Origin: an uncultured Gaiellales bacterium
GTDB lineage: Bacteria; Actinomycetota; Thermoleophilia; RBG-16-64-13
DNA length: 64,000 bases
Reading direction: 5' to 3'
Assembly: GCA_964497095.1 (NCBI GenBank)
Contig: CAZCCL010000001.1
Span: forward strand, 348-64,347
Shown: piece by piece, positions 1-9,700 of the stretch
How the letters are laid out: each line of letters starts with the position of its first letter
Numbering within the stretch: the stretch's first letter is position 1
Position numbers and translations under genes: made by a program
Notes under the pieces: generated by a model
What the model saw: the letters and a program-made list of their open reading frames with translations, nothing else
Databases searched by the model: none
Told to the model about the DNA's origin: nothing

Positions 1-93
1 ACCAGGGAGCCGTTCATCCGGCGCCGATCCCGCCGGCCATCATGCCGCCGCCGACGGCTTGGGCGAGGATCCCGATCGCAAGGAGCCGGGGGT

Positions 94-357
94 ATGAGTT
101 CCTTGGCCCAGCTTCCCTGCGGCGCGCGGGCCGTGGTCGCAGCGCTACCTCACTCCCACGGGCTGGCGAAGCGCCTGATCGCCCTGGGACTCATCCCCGG
201 AGCGGAGGTGCACGTCCTGCAGAACCGGGGGCGGGGGGCGATCATCGTCGAGGTGCACGGGGCCAGATTGGCCTTGGGCCGCGGCCAGGCGGAGCGCGTC
301 GCGGTAGACCCCGCCGCCGGCCCCGTCCCCGCGGGAGCCTGCCCGCCTGAGGAATAG
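94..357 (+). CDS. feoA: Ferrous iron transport protein A (FeoA, SH3-like)
   Basis: 87-aa ORF with the FeoA pattern (…RLIALGLIPGAEVHV…IIVEVHGARLALGRGQAERVAV). AAGGAG RBS 8 nt upstream of ATG. Directly precedes feoB. Confidence 0.75.
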   Translation: MSSLAQLPCGARAVVAALPHSHGLAKRLIALGLIPGAEVHVLQNRGRGAIIVEVHGARLALGRGQAERVAVDPAAGPVPAGACPPEE

Positions 358-362
358 CGGAC

Positions 363-2372
363 TTGGCGGTCCAGCGCCCCGCCGGTCTCACCCTGGCCCT
401 GGCGGGCCAGCCCAATGTGGGGAAGAGCACCGTCTTCAATGTCCTCACCGGGCTCAACCAGCATGTGGGCAACTGGCCGGGAAAGACGGTCGAGCAAAAG
501 ATCGGCCACTTCACCCACGGAGGCCGGCGGGTCGAGATCGTCGACCTCCCCGGGACGTACAGCCTCACTTCGGGGTCTGAAGAGGAACGGGTAGCCCGAG
601 ACTATCTGATCAAAGGATCGCCGGACGCGGTGATCGCCATCATCAATGCGGCTTCGCTGGAGCGCAATCTCTACCTGGTGGCCGAGCTGCTGAAACTTCC
701 CGTCCCGGTGGTCGTGGGTCTCAATATGGTGGATGTGGCCCAGTCCCACGGGGTGCACGTGGAGGCGCGGGTGCTGGAGGCGGCTCTGGGGCTGCCGGTG
801 ATAGAGCTGGTGGCCAGCAAGCGGAAAGGCATCCGCGACCTGGTCGACGCCGCCGCAGCCTTGGCCGCCGACCCGGGATCCTTCGAACCCAACCGGCCGA
901 CCATCCGGGCCAAACACCAGCCCGTGCTCGAGGAGATCGAGGGGTTGCTCGCCGGCCGCTCTTTGAACGGCTATCCGGTCCCGTGGGTGGCCCTCAAGCT
1001 CCTGGAGGGTGACGAAGACGTGGCTCGGCTGGTGCAGACCTACGCCCCCGATGTCTGGGAGCCCATCTACGAGATCCTCGGACAGCACGAGGACGCCTAT
1101 CTCGATATCGCCGGCGGTCGCTACGACTGGGTGGCGCGCATGGTGCGGGCGGCGGTCGTCCACCCAAGGCGGGGGATCACGGTGGTCACCGACCGCGTCG
1201 ATCGGGTGGTGACCCACCCCTTCTGGGGCCTTCTGTCGCTGCTGGTCGTGCTGGCGGCGCTGTTCTGGGTTACCTACTCGGTGGCAGGCCCGGCGGCAGG
1301 CGCTCTGAACGGGGCGATCACCGGGTGGTTCTCCGAAGTGCTCAGAAACCTTCTCGAGTTCGCGCCGGAGTGGCTGAGCGGCTTGATCGTCGATGGGGTG
1401 GTGGCCGGCGCTGGGACGGTGCTCTCTTTCGTGCCCATACTGGTGATCTTCTTTGCCGCGCTGGGTTTCCTCGAGGACACCGGCTACATGGCTCGGGCGG
1501 CCTACGTCATGGACCGCTACATGCACTGGATGGGCCTGCACGGGAAGTCCTGCATGCCGTTGCTGCTGGGATTCGGCTGCAACGTACCCGCCATCCTGGG
1601 CACGCGCATCATCGAGGAGCGGCGGGCCCGCCTGCTCACCATGATGCTCACTCCCTTCGTGCCCTGCACGGGTCGGCTGGCCGTCTTGGCCTTCCTTGCC
1701 CCGGCCTTCTTCGGTAGCGCGGCTCCGTGGGCCCTGCTCCTGCTGGTGGGGGGCAATCTGGTGGTGCTCGGCGCGGTCGGGGTGAGCGTCAACAAGCTGG
1801 TGTTCAAGGGGGAGCGGAGCACCTTCATCATGGAGATGCCGCTCTATCACACCCCCAATGCCCGTACGATCGGTCTGTACGTGTGGCGTAACACGCTGGC
1901 CTTCGTCAAGAAGGCGGGCACCTTGATAGTCATCGTCTCCGCGATCGTGTGGGCGCTCTCCAACTTCCCGGGGTCGGACCCGGCCGATAGTGTGCTGGGA
2001 GTCATCGGGACGGCGCTGCAACCGGTCTTAGTCCCCATGGGCCTGGGAGATTGGCGGCTGATCGTGGCCTTGCTCTCCAGCTTCGTCGCCAAGGAGAACA
2101 GCGTGGCGACGTTGGGAGTGCTGTTCGGTGGAGCGGGGACGGCGGGGGCGGCCAACGCTACTTTGGCCGCCCAGGTGGCGGCCGTGTTGACTCCGGCCGC
2201 CGCCGCCGCCTTCCTAGTGGTGCAGATGACCTTCGTTCCCTGTGTGGCCACGGTGGCGGCCATTCGCCAGGAGTCCAAGTCCTGGCGTTGGACGGGGGCC
2301 AACGTGGGTCTCATGCTCGTGGTCGCGTACGTGCTGGGGGTCCTGGTGTACCAGGTGGGATCACTGCTGTAG
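363..2372 (+). CDS. feoB: Ferrous iron transporter B (FeoB), G-domain plus polytopic membrane domain
   Basis: N-terminal GTPase motifs (GQPNVGKSTVFN, DLPGTYSL) followed by a long hydrophobic C-terminal half. TTG start 5 nt after the feoA stop. Confidence 0.9.
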   Translation: MAVQRPAGLTLALAGQPNVGKSTVFNVLTGLNQHVGNWPGKTVEQKIGHFTHGGRRVEIVDLPGTYSLTSGSEEERVARDYLIKGSPDAVIAIINAASLERNLYLVAELLKLPVPVVVGLNMVDVAQSHGVHVEARVLEAALGLPVIELVASKRKGIRDLVDAAAALAADPGSFEPNRPTIRAKHQPVLEEIEGLLAGRSLNGYPVPWVALKLLEGDEDVARLVQTYAPDVWEPIYEILGQHEDAYLDIAGGRYDWVARMVRAAVVHPRRGITVVTDRVDRVVTHPFWGLLSLLVVLAALFWVTYSVAGPAAGALNGAITGWFSEVLRNLLEFAPEWLSGLIVDGVVAGAGTVLSFVPILVIFFAALGFLEDTGYMARAAYVMDRYMHWMGLHGKSCMPLLLGFGCNVPAILGTRIIEERRARLLTMMLTPFVPCTGRLAVLAFLAPAFFGSAAPWALLLLVGGNLVVLGAVGVSVNKLVFKGERSTFIMEMPLYHTPNARTIGLYVWRNTLAFVKKAGTLIVIVSAIVWALSNFPGSDPADSVLGVIGTALQPVLVPMGLGDWRLIVALLSSFVAKENSVATLGVLFGGAGTAGAANATLAAQVAAVLTPAAAAAFLVVQMTFVPCVATVAAIRQESKSWRWTGANVGLMLVVAYVLGVLVYQVGSLL

Positions 2373-2499
2373 GTCAGGAGACGGCCCGGCTGTGGACGGT
2401 TCCACGGGTGGCGGCGCGGCGGTCCCGGCCGGGAGTGGACCAGATTTTGTATACTCTGGTTCTCTATGGAGCGGCCCGGACGGGCTCAGGGAGGCTCAC

Positions 2500-3381
2500 A
2501 TGCAGATCTATATCGACGGCGAGTTCTACAGCAAGGAAGACGCCAAGATCAGCGTCTTCGACCACGGTCTTCTCTACGGGGACGGGGTGTTCGAAGGGAT
2601 CCGGGTCTATGAGGGCCGGGTATTCGAACTCGATCCCCATATCGACCGGCTGTACGCCTCGGCCCAGGCGCTCGCTCTCGAGATCCCCCTGCCCCGGGCG
2701 GACTTAGTGGAAGCCCTGATGGAGACCATCCGCCGCAACGAGATCCACAACGGGTACGTACGCCTGGTGGTCACCAGGGGCATCGGCGATCTGGGACTGA
2801 ACCCGGTGAAGTGCCCCAAGGCCACGGTGTTCTGCATCGCCGACGGCATCACGCTCTACCCGGCGGACGTCTATGAGAAGGGCTTCAAAGTGGCTACGCT
2901 GGCCACGCGCCGGAACGATCCCCAGACCGTCAATCCCGCCGTCAAGAGCCTCAACTACCTGAACAACGTCTACGGCTCCCTGGAACTGCGGGGCAGGCCG
3001 GTCAACGAAGGCCTCTTCTTGACCACTTCGGGCTACGTGTGCGAGTTGACCGCCGACAATTTCTTCCTGATCAGGGGACGGAGGCTGATGACCCCGCACC
3101 CCGTTCTCGGTGCTCTTCGCGGGATCACCCGGGCGGTGGTCCTCAGACTGGCCGCGGACATAGGGTTGGAAACGGAAGAGGGCTTCTACACCCTGTACGA
3201 CGTGTACAACGCCGACGAGGCCTTCCTCACCGGGACGGCCGCGGAAGTGGGGCCGGTGGTGGAGGTCGACAAGCGACCCATAGGTGCGGGCGTTCCCGGG
3301 CCCATCACCCGCGAAATCATTTCCCGGTTCCGCGAGTACGCGCTCAGCACCGGCACTCCGGTTAATGCGGTCAACGGCTAG
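2500..3381 (+). CDS. ilvE: Branched-chain amino acid aminotransferase, class IV fold
   Basis: MQIYIDGEFY…DHGLLYGDGVFEGIRVYEGRVFELDPHIDRL… is typical of class IV BCAT/D-AAT. ATG at 2500 preceded by GGGAGG. The ORF-track N-terminal extension from 2242 is rejected. Confidence 0.8.
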   Translation: MQIYIDGEFYSKEDAKISVFDHGLLYGDGVFEGIRVYEGRVFELDPHIDRLYASAQALALEIPLPRADLVEALMETIRRNEIHNGYVRLVVTRGIGDLGLNPVKCPKATVFCIADGITLYPADVYEKGFKVATLATRRNDPQTVNPAVKSLNYLNNVYGSLELRGRPVNEGLFLTTSGYVCELTADNFFLIRGRRLMTPHPVLGALRGITRAVVLRLAADIGLETEEGFYTLYDVYNADEAFLTGTAAEVGPVVEVDKRPIGAGVPGPITREIISRFREYALSTGTPVNAVNG

Positions 3382-3390
3382 ACGGCAGCA

Positions 3391-5016
3391 GTGATGGTCG
3401 CCCGCCCCCTTATGCTGTACGACACCACGCTGCGCGATGGGATGCAGCGTGAGGGGCTGAGCATCTCGGTCGACGAGAAGGTCCGTATCGCCGCTCGGAT
3501 CGCCGATGTGGGCGTCCACGTGATCGAAGGCGGCTTCCCTGGCTCCAACCCCAAGGACCAGGAGTTCTTCCACACATTGGAGAACGTGCCGCTGGCCGGG
3601 GCGGTGGTGGCGGCCTTCGGGATGACCAGGGGCAGGGGAGTGACCGCCGAGAATGACTTCCAGCTACGGGCATTGGCCGAGTGCTGGGCTCCGGTCGCGG
3701 CCGTCGTGGGTAAGACCTGGGACCTCCACCTGGAGAAGGTCCTCCGCGTGGACCGCGAGGAGAACCTGCGCATGATCGCCGAGTCGGTGGCCTTCCTGCG
3801 GGGCGAGGGGAAGCGCGTCTTCTACGACGCCGAGCACTTCTTCGACGCCTTTGCGGCCCACCCCGACTACGCCTTGGCCTGTCTCCGGGCTGCGGCGGAG
3901 GCCGGGGCGGAGGCCGTCTGTCTGTGCGACACCAACGGAGCCGCTCTTCCCACCCAAGTGGCCCAGGTGGTGGAGCGGGTGGGGTTGGAGGTGGGCGCCG
4001 TCTGCAGGGTGGGCATCCATACCCACAACGACGCGGGCTGCGCGGTGGCCAACTCCCTGGTCGCGGTGGAGCGGGGGGCCGACATGGTGCAGGGCACTAT
4101 CAACGGCTATGGCGAGCGGTGCGGCAACGCCGACCTCTGCGCCGTCATCCCGGCGCTGAAGCTCAAGATGGGCATCGACTGCGTATCGGACCGGGATCTG
4201 GCGCAACTCACCGATGCCGCTCATTTCGTGGCCGAACTCTGCAACGTGTCGCCCGACCCACATCAGCCCTACGTGGGTCGGAACGCCTTCGCCCACAAAG
4301 GGGGCATGCACGTAGCGGCGGTGGAGCGGGATCCCAGTACCTTCGAGCACGTTGATCCGGCCCTGGTAGGGAACGCTCCCCACGTGTTGGTGTCGGAGCT
4401 GTCCGGGCGCGCCACCATCGCCCAGCGGGCCCAAGAGCTGGGCTATCCCTTGGAGGACGACGAGGAACTGCTGGACCGGGTGCTGAACAGCGTGAAGCGG
4501 AAAGAGCATGTGGGCTATCACTACGAGGCCGCCGACGCCTCGTTCGAGTTGCTCCTGCGAACCGAGATGGGCCTGCAGGTGGAACTGTTCCATCTGGAGA
4601 CCTTCCGCATCATCGTGGAGAAGCGGGAAGACGGCGAGACGGTGAGCGAAGCCACGGTCAAGGTGCACGTGGGTGGGGACCGCTTCATAGAGACCGCCGA
4701 GGGCAACGGTCCGGTCAATGCCCTTGACAAGGCCCTGCGCATGGCCATCGAGCGCAGGTTCCCCGAGGTGCACGATATCCGCCTCGTGAACTATAAGGTG
4801 CGTATCCTGGACGAGGACAAGGGCACGGCCGCGAAGACCCGGGTGCTGATCGACAGCTCCGATGGTCGTGACAGCTGGGGCAGCGTGGGGGTGAACGTCA
4901 ACGTGGTCGAAGCCTCGTGGCAGGCTTTGGTGGACTCCATCACCTACGGTCTACTGCGTGTCGCCGGCCCAGGACCCGTTCCGGAAGCGGAGAGTGAGAA
5001 CGAGGAGAGCGCATGA
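3391..5016 (+). CDS. cimA: (R)-citramalate synthase / 2-isopropylmalate synthase family (LeuA-related, CimA-type)
   Basis: N-terminus LYDTTLRDGMQREGLSISVDEKVRIA…IEGGFPGSNPKDQEFF matches the citramalate-synthase branch of the LeuA/HMGL-like family. C-terminal LeuA-dimer-like region. Adjacent to ilvE. Confidence 0.75.
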   Translation: MMVARPLMLYDTTLRDGMQREGLSISVDEKVRIAARIADVGVHVIEGGFPGSNPKDQEFFHTLENVPLAGAVVAAFGMTRGRGVTAENDFQLRALAECWAPVAAVVGKTWDLHLEKVLRVDREENLRMIAESVAFLRGEGKRVFYDAEHFFDAFAAHPDYALACLRAAAEAGAEAVCLCDTNGAALPTQVAQVVERVGLEVGAVCRVGIHTHNDAGCAVANSLVAVERGADMVQGTINGYGERCGNADLCAVIPALKLKMGIDCVSDRDLAQLTDAAHFVAELCNVSPDPHQPYVGRNAFAHKGGMHVAAVERDPSTFEHVDPALVGNAPHVLVSELSGRATIAQRAQELGYPLEDDEELLDRVLNSVKRKEHVGYHYEAADASFELLLRTEMGLQVELFHLETFRIIVEKREDGETVSEATVKVHVGGDRFIETAEGNGPVNALDKALRMAIERRFPEVHDIRLVNYKVRILDEDKGTAAKTRVLIDSSDGRDSWGSVGVNVNVVEASWQALVDSITYGLLRVAGPGPVPEAESENEESA

Positions 5017-5813
5017 AGCTGGCCCGCGTGGAGTATGGAGGTGAGGTCTACGAGACCGCCGTCACCTGCGACGGATACATGGTCGAGGCGACGAGCGCCG
5101 GTCCCGGGGGCGCAGTCCCCGCCGGCACGGTGATCTCCGAGGCCGAGGCCCGTCTGTTGCCGCCGGCGGTCCCGGGAAAGATCCTGGGGGTGGGCTGGAA
5201 CTTCCGCGAGCACATCAAGGAGATGATCACCCGGCTCAGGGGGACGCCGACCCCCGAGCGCAAGGACGACCACGTGCCCCGTCCGCTGCTGTTCCTCAAG
5301 CCGCCCTCCAGCCTCATCGGGCACGGGGAGGCCATCATCTACCCCAAGGACGCTACGCGCGTGGAATACGAAGGTGAGCTGGCGGTGGTGATCGCCCGGG
5401 AGACGCGGAGGGTGACGCCCGAAGAGGCGCGACTGTGCGTGCTCGGCTGGACCTGCGCGAACGACGTGACGGAGCGCGATCTACAGCAGGAGGACAAGCA
5501 GTGGTGGCGGGCCAAGGGCTTCGACACCTTCGCCGTGGCCGGGCCCTATCTGGAGACCGAGGCTCCCCGACCCGAAGCCTGGCTGCGCACCCGGGTGAAC
5601 GGGGAGCTCCGCCAGGAAGCTCAGATGCTGGACATGATCCGCGACCCTTTCGAGATCATCTCCCTCGTCAGTCAGGCCATGACCCTCGAGCGGGGCGACA
5701 TGATCATGCTGGGGACCCCTTCGGGTGTGGGCGAACTGCACCCCGGGGACGAGGTGGAGGTCGAGATCGACGGGGTGGGCTACCTGCGCAATCCGGTCGA
5801 GTCGGAGCGGTAG
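5013..5813 (+). CDS. Fumarylacetoacetate hydrolase (FAH) family protein
   Basis: …FLKPPSSLIGHGEAIIYP…YEGELAVVIA…GWTCANDVTERDLQ…KGFDTFAVAGPYL… is an FAH/HpcE-like fold. ATG overlaps the cimA stop (ATGA). Confidence 0.8.
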   Translation: MKLARVEYGGEVYETAVTCDGYMVEATSAGPGGAVPAGTVISEAEARLLPPAVPGKILGVGWNFREHIKEMITRLRGTPTPERKDDHVPRPLLFLKPPSSLIGHGEAIIYPKDATRVEYEGELAVVIARETRRVTPEEARLCVLGWTCANDVTERDLQQEDKQWWRAKGFDTFAVAGPYLETEAPRPEAWLRTRVNGELRQEAQMLDMIRDPFEIISLVSQAMTLERGDMIMLGTPSGVGELHPGDEVEVEIDGVGYLRNPVESER

Positions 5814-6571
5814 TGAGCGGCCCGCCTTCCCGGGACGAGGCGTCGGACTTCTCTCGGGCGGGGCTCTCACCGGCTGGGAAGGAAGTCCTGGACCGTGTGG
5901 CCGGCGGGGCCTCGGCGGCTGAGGTGGCCGAGGCGCTGGCCCTCAGGCCTCATCGCGAGGGCGGGTTCTTCCGGGAGACCTACCGATCGCCGCTCACGCT
6001 CCCTACCAGTCTCGGCGAGCGCTGCCTCGCGACCTCGATCCTATACCTCCTGACCTGCGAGAGTCCCAGTCGTTTCCATCGGCTGCGTTCGGACGAGATC
6101 TGGTTCTACCACGCGGGCTGCCCTGTGGAACTGGCTTTGCTGCCGGTGGACCGCGGCCGGCAGCCGGAGGTGGTGCCGCGCCCAACGGGGCTGCAGTCAG
6201 CGTTGCGCCCAATGGGGCCGCAGGGAGCGTCGCGCCCAACGTGGCCGCCACGGCCGCCCGGTGGGCAAGAAGGCCGGCTGCGACTCCATCTCCTGGGCCC
6301 GGAGCGGCCCCAGGTGTTTGTTCCCGGCGGCTGGTGGTTGGGTGCGCGGGTGGCGCCCGGAGGACCGAGCGGTGAGGGAGCGGGTGGGCTGGGCGACGGA
6401 ATCGGCGACGGGGCGGGCGAAGACGAGAGGGCCGGAGCGGGACGGGACTGGACCCTGGTCGGCTGCGTGGTCACACCCGGTTTCGAGTACGAGGACTTCG
6501 AACCGGCGGAGCCCGCGTCCCTACTGCGGGAGTTCCCGGAAGCGGCGGACATCATCAGGGCTCTGACCTGA
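5813..6571 (+). CDS. Cupin-fold protein (DUF985/cupin_5 family) with internal 9-aa tandem repeat insertion
   Basis: …RPHREGGFFRETYRSP…ATSILYLLT…SRFHRLRSDEIWFYHAGCPVEL…DWTLVGCVVTPGFEYEDFE matches DUF985 cupins. GTG overlaps the FAH stop (TAGTG). The upstream part of ORF 5435..6571 is a shadow frame. Confidence 0.6.
   Translation: MSGPPSRDEASDFSRAGLSPAGKEVLDRVAGGASAAEVAEALALRPHREGGFFRETYRSPLTLPTSLGERCLATSILYLLTCESPSRFHRLRSDEIWFYHAGCPVELALLPVDRGRQPEVVPRPTGLQSALRPMGPQGASRPTWPPRPPGGQEGRLRLHLLGPERPQVFVPGGWWLGARVAPGGPSGEGAGGLGDGIGDGAGEDERAGAGRDWTLVGCVVTPGFEYEDFEPAEPASLLREFPEAADIIRALT
6178..6258 (+). repeat. Three tandem imperfect 27-bp repeats (GCGCCCAAYGKGGCYGC…) inside the cupin gene, encoding APNGAAVSV / APNGAAGSV / APNVAATAA
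   Basis: Direct reading of sequence 6178-6258; the repeats are in frame. Confidence 0.7.
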
Positions 6572-6677
6572 GACCGGCGTCGGGCCCGGGGCCGTGGAGC
6601 CCGGTCGAGGGGCCGTCTCACGGGCGACGGAAACCCGCTCTCAGCGGATTTTGTTCACCACCAGCCGCCGTCTCGGC

Positions 6678-6706
6678 TTGAGGGGGCCGGAACCTTCCGG
6701 TAGAAT
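6678..6706 (+). promoter_or_regulatory. Putative sigma-70-type promoter for dnaE: TTGAGG-17 nt-TAGAAT, spacer contains palindrome CCGGAAccTTCCGG
   Basis: Hexamers with 17-nt spacing about 50 nt upstream of the dnaE RBS (AAGGAG at 6743). Confidence 0.3.
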
Positions 6707-6758
6707 CGAGCGATAGAGGGGCGTCCGCCCTGGGGTGTTTCCAAGGAGATAGGTCGTT

Positions 6759-9700
6759 TTGTCGTCCGTTTTGCCGCCCGTCGCAGGCGAGACCATCGGG
6801 GGTAGTCCTATTCCCACTGCTGAAGAGACTGCGGGTGGAGCCGCCGCGGCGCCGGTCGATGCGGCTGCGGGCGGATCGGCTGCAGGGACGAGCCCCGGGC
6901 CGGCGGGCGAGACGGACCCCGCCCGCCCGGCCGCCGGCTTCTGCCACCTGCACGTGCACACTCACTACTCCGCTCTGGACGGGGCCTGCAAGGTGGAGGA
7001 CCTGGTGGCTCGGGCTGCTGAGCTCGGCATGCCCGCGCTGGCCATCACCGATCACGGGGTGCTTTCGGGTGCCATCAAGTTCTACGAAGAGTGTCTCAAG
7101 GCCGGCGTCAAGCCCATCATCGGACTCGAGACCTATGTGGTGGACGACCGCTTGCGCAAGGAGGGGATGAACGAGGAGCGCTGGCACCTCACCCTTCTCG
7201 CCCGGGACGACACGGGCTATCGCAACCTGCTCAAGCTGGGCAGCCTCGCCTTCCTCGAGGGCTACTACTACAAGCCGCGCCTCGACTACCAGGTCCTCAG
7301 GGAGCACGCAGAGGGCCTCATCTGCCTGACGGGATGTGCAAGCGGGCGGCTGTCGCGCGCCCTCCAGAACGGGCAGACAGCCGCCGCCGAGGCCGAAGTG
7401 CAGCGACTGGTCGGCATCTTCGGCGAGGGGAACGTGTATCTGGAGATGCAGGAGACCGGTATCCGCGAGTTGGCGGAAGTGAACCCGCGGATGGGGGAAC
7501 TGGCCGAGCGCACGGGCCTGAAGTTGGTGGCCACCAACGACGTGCACTACCTCCGCGAGGGCGACGCCGACGCGCATGACGTGCTGCTCTGCATCCAGAC
7601 GGGATCCCGGCTGTCGGAGGAGAACCGCCTGCGGTTCAACTCGCAGGAGTTCTACTTCAAGAGCCCAGAAGAGATGAGGGCCGTGTTCTCCGATCACCCG
7701 GAGGCCGTCTCGAACACCCTGGAGGTGGCGGACCGCTGCAACGTGCATATCGCGCTCGACGAGATGCTCATCCCCCGGTTCCCGGTACCGGAAGGGTACG
7801 ACGAGTCTTCGTATCTGCGGGAGCAATGCGAAAGAGGACTGGTCCGCCGCTACGGGGATGCGGTGACATCCGAGATAAGGGAACGGCTCGAAAGCGAACT
7901 GGAAGTGGTGGAGAAGATGGGCTTCCCGCCCTACTTCCTCATCGTGTGGGATTTCGTCACGTTCGCAAAGGAGGCCGGTATCCCCGTGGGACCCGGCCGC
8001 GGCTCGGCGGCGGGCTCTCTGGTGTCGTACCTGCTGGGTATCACCGACCTCGATCCCATCGCCTACGACCTGCTCTTCGAGCGATTCCTCAACCCCGACC
8101 GTATCAGCATGCCCGATATCGACATCGACTTCTCCGTGAACGGACGCGAGAGGGTGATCGAGTATGTGGCCGACAAATACGGACGCGACCGGGTGGCTCA
8201 GATCGCCACTTTCGGCACCATCAAGGCCCGGCAGGCCATTCGGGACGCTGCCCGGGTGATGGATGTGCCCTACGGGCAGGCCGACCGTATCGCCAAGCTG
8301 GTGCCCGAAGTGCTCAACATCACTTTGGATCAGTGCCTGCGAGACCCGAAGTGCGAGCTGCGCGCCGCCTACGACGGCGACGAGTTGGTCCGCGAGGTGG
8401 TGGACATGGCCCGGCCTCTGGAAGGGCTCATCCGCCAAGATTCCATCCATGCCGCCGGGGTGGTCATCTCCATGGGGCCCCTCACCGATCATCTTCCCCT
8501 CATGCAGAAGGGGGACGCCGAGGTGGTCACCCAGGTCTCCATGGGGGACGTGGAGAGGCTGGGCCTGCTCAAGATGGACTTCCTAGGACTGCGAAACTTG
8601 GACGTCATCGACAGCGCCGTCGGCATCATCCGAGACGGGGGTCACCCGGAATTCGACATCGAATCGATCCCCCTGGACGACGCCCGGACGTACCAGATGT
8701 TGGCCAAGGGGGACTCGGAAGGGGTGTTCCAGTTCGAATCCAGCGGGATGCGGGAAGCCTTGCGCGAGATCCAGCCTACGCGGCTGGACGATCTGATTGC
8801 GCTCGTCGCCCTGTATCGGCCTGGGCCGATGGAGTTCATCCACGACTACGCGCGCAACAAGCGCGATCCCGAGAGCATCAGGTACGAGGACGAGCGGTTG
8901 CAGTCCATCCTCAGCCCCACCTACGGAGTGGCCATCTATCAGGAACAGCTGATGGAGATCTCCAAGCGGATCGGTGGGTTCAGCCCCGCGGAAGCCGACG
9001 ACCTGCGCAAAGCCATCGGCAAGAAGATCCGGGCAAAGATGGACCGGCTCGAGCCCAAATTCCGCGCCGGAGCGGCCGCTTCAGGAACGTCACCGCGGGT
9101 GATCGATCACCTGTGGTCGCTGATGGAGAAGGCGGGGGATTACTCGTTCAACAAGTCACACGCCGCCTGCTACGCCCTCATCTCCTATCGCACCGCCTAC
9201 CTCAAAGCCAAGTTCCCCGTGCAGTACATGGCCGCGCTCATCTCCAGCGTCATGGACACCAAGGACAAGGTCCCCTTCTACGTGACGGTGGCCAACGAGA
9301 TGGGCATCGAGGTGTTGCCTCCGGACATCAACGAGTCGGTCCTCGACTTCCGCGGCGTGGAGGGGCGCATCCGCTTCGGTCTGAACGCGGTCAAGAACGT
9401 GGGGGAGACGGCCATCCGCGTCATCCTGGACGCCCGGCGAAGCGGCGGACCATTCCTGGATCTGTTCGACTTCTGCGAACGCGTCGACCTGGGCGTGGTG
9501 AACGGGCGGGCTATCGAGAGCCTTATCAAGTCGGGGGCCATGGATTCCGTCGGCCCTTCGCGGCGGGGGATGCTCCTCGTCATGCAGCAGGCGATGGCCC
9601 ACGGCAAGAAGGTCAGGGCCGACGCCGATAGAGGCCAGGGATCCATCTTCGATCTCATGCCGGAGCCGGAAGCGCCGGCGGCCGATAGCCGGGGTGCCGC

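Noticed and set aside
150-2021. 623-aa reverse-strand ORF opposite feoB, and similar long antisense ORFs (6618..8492 opposite dnaE, 11333..13171 opposite the Mo enzyme, 14394..16601 opposite hisD/hisB, 27761..29494 opposite fprA/isf, 55540..57390 opposite ltaE/NUDIX)
   Set aside because: - GC-rich genomes generate long stop-free antisense frames.
- The translations are low-complexity Arg/Pro/Gly-rich with no recognisable domains.
- The sense-strand genes have clear motifs and RBSs.
5435-5812. N-terminal 126 aa of called ORF 5435..6571
   Set aside because: - It overlaps the well-supported FAH gene in another frame.
- Cupin homology begins only after the GTG at 5813, which overlaps the FAH stop.
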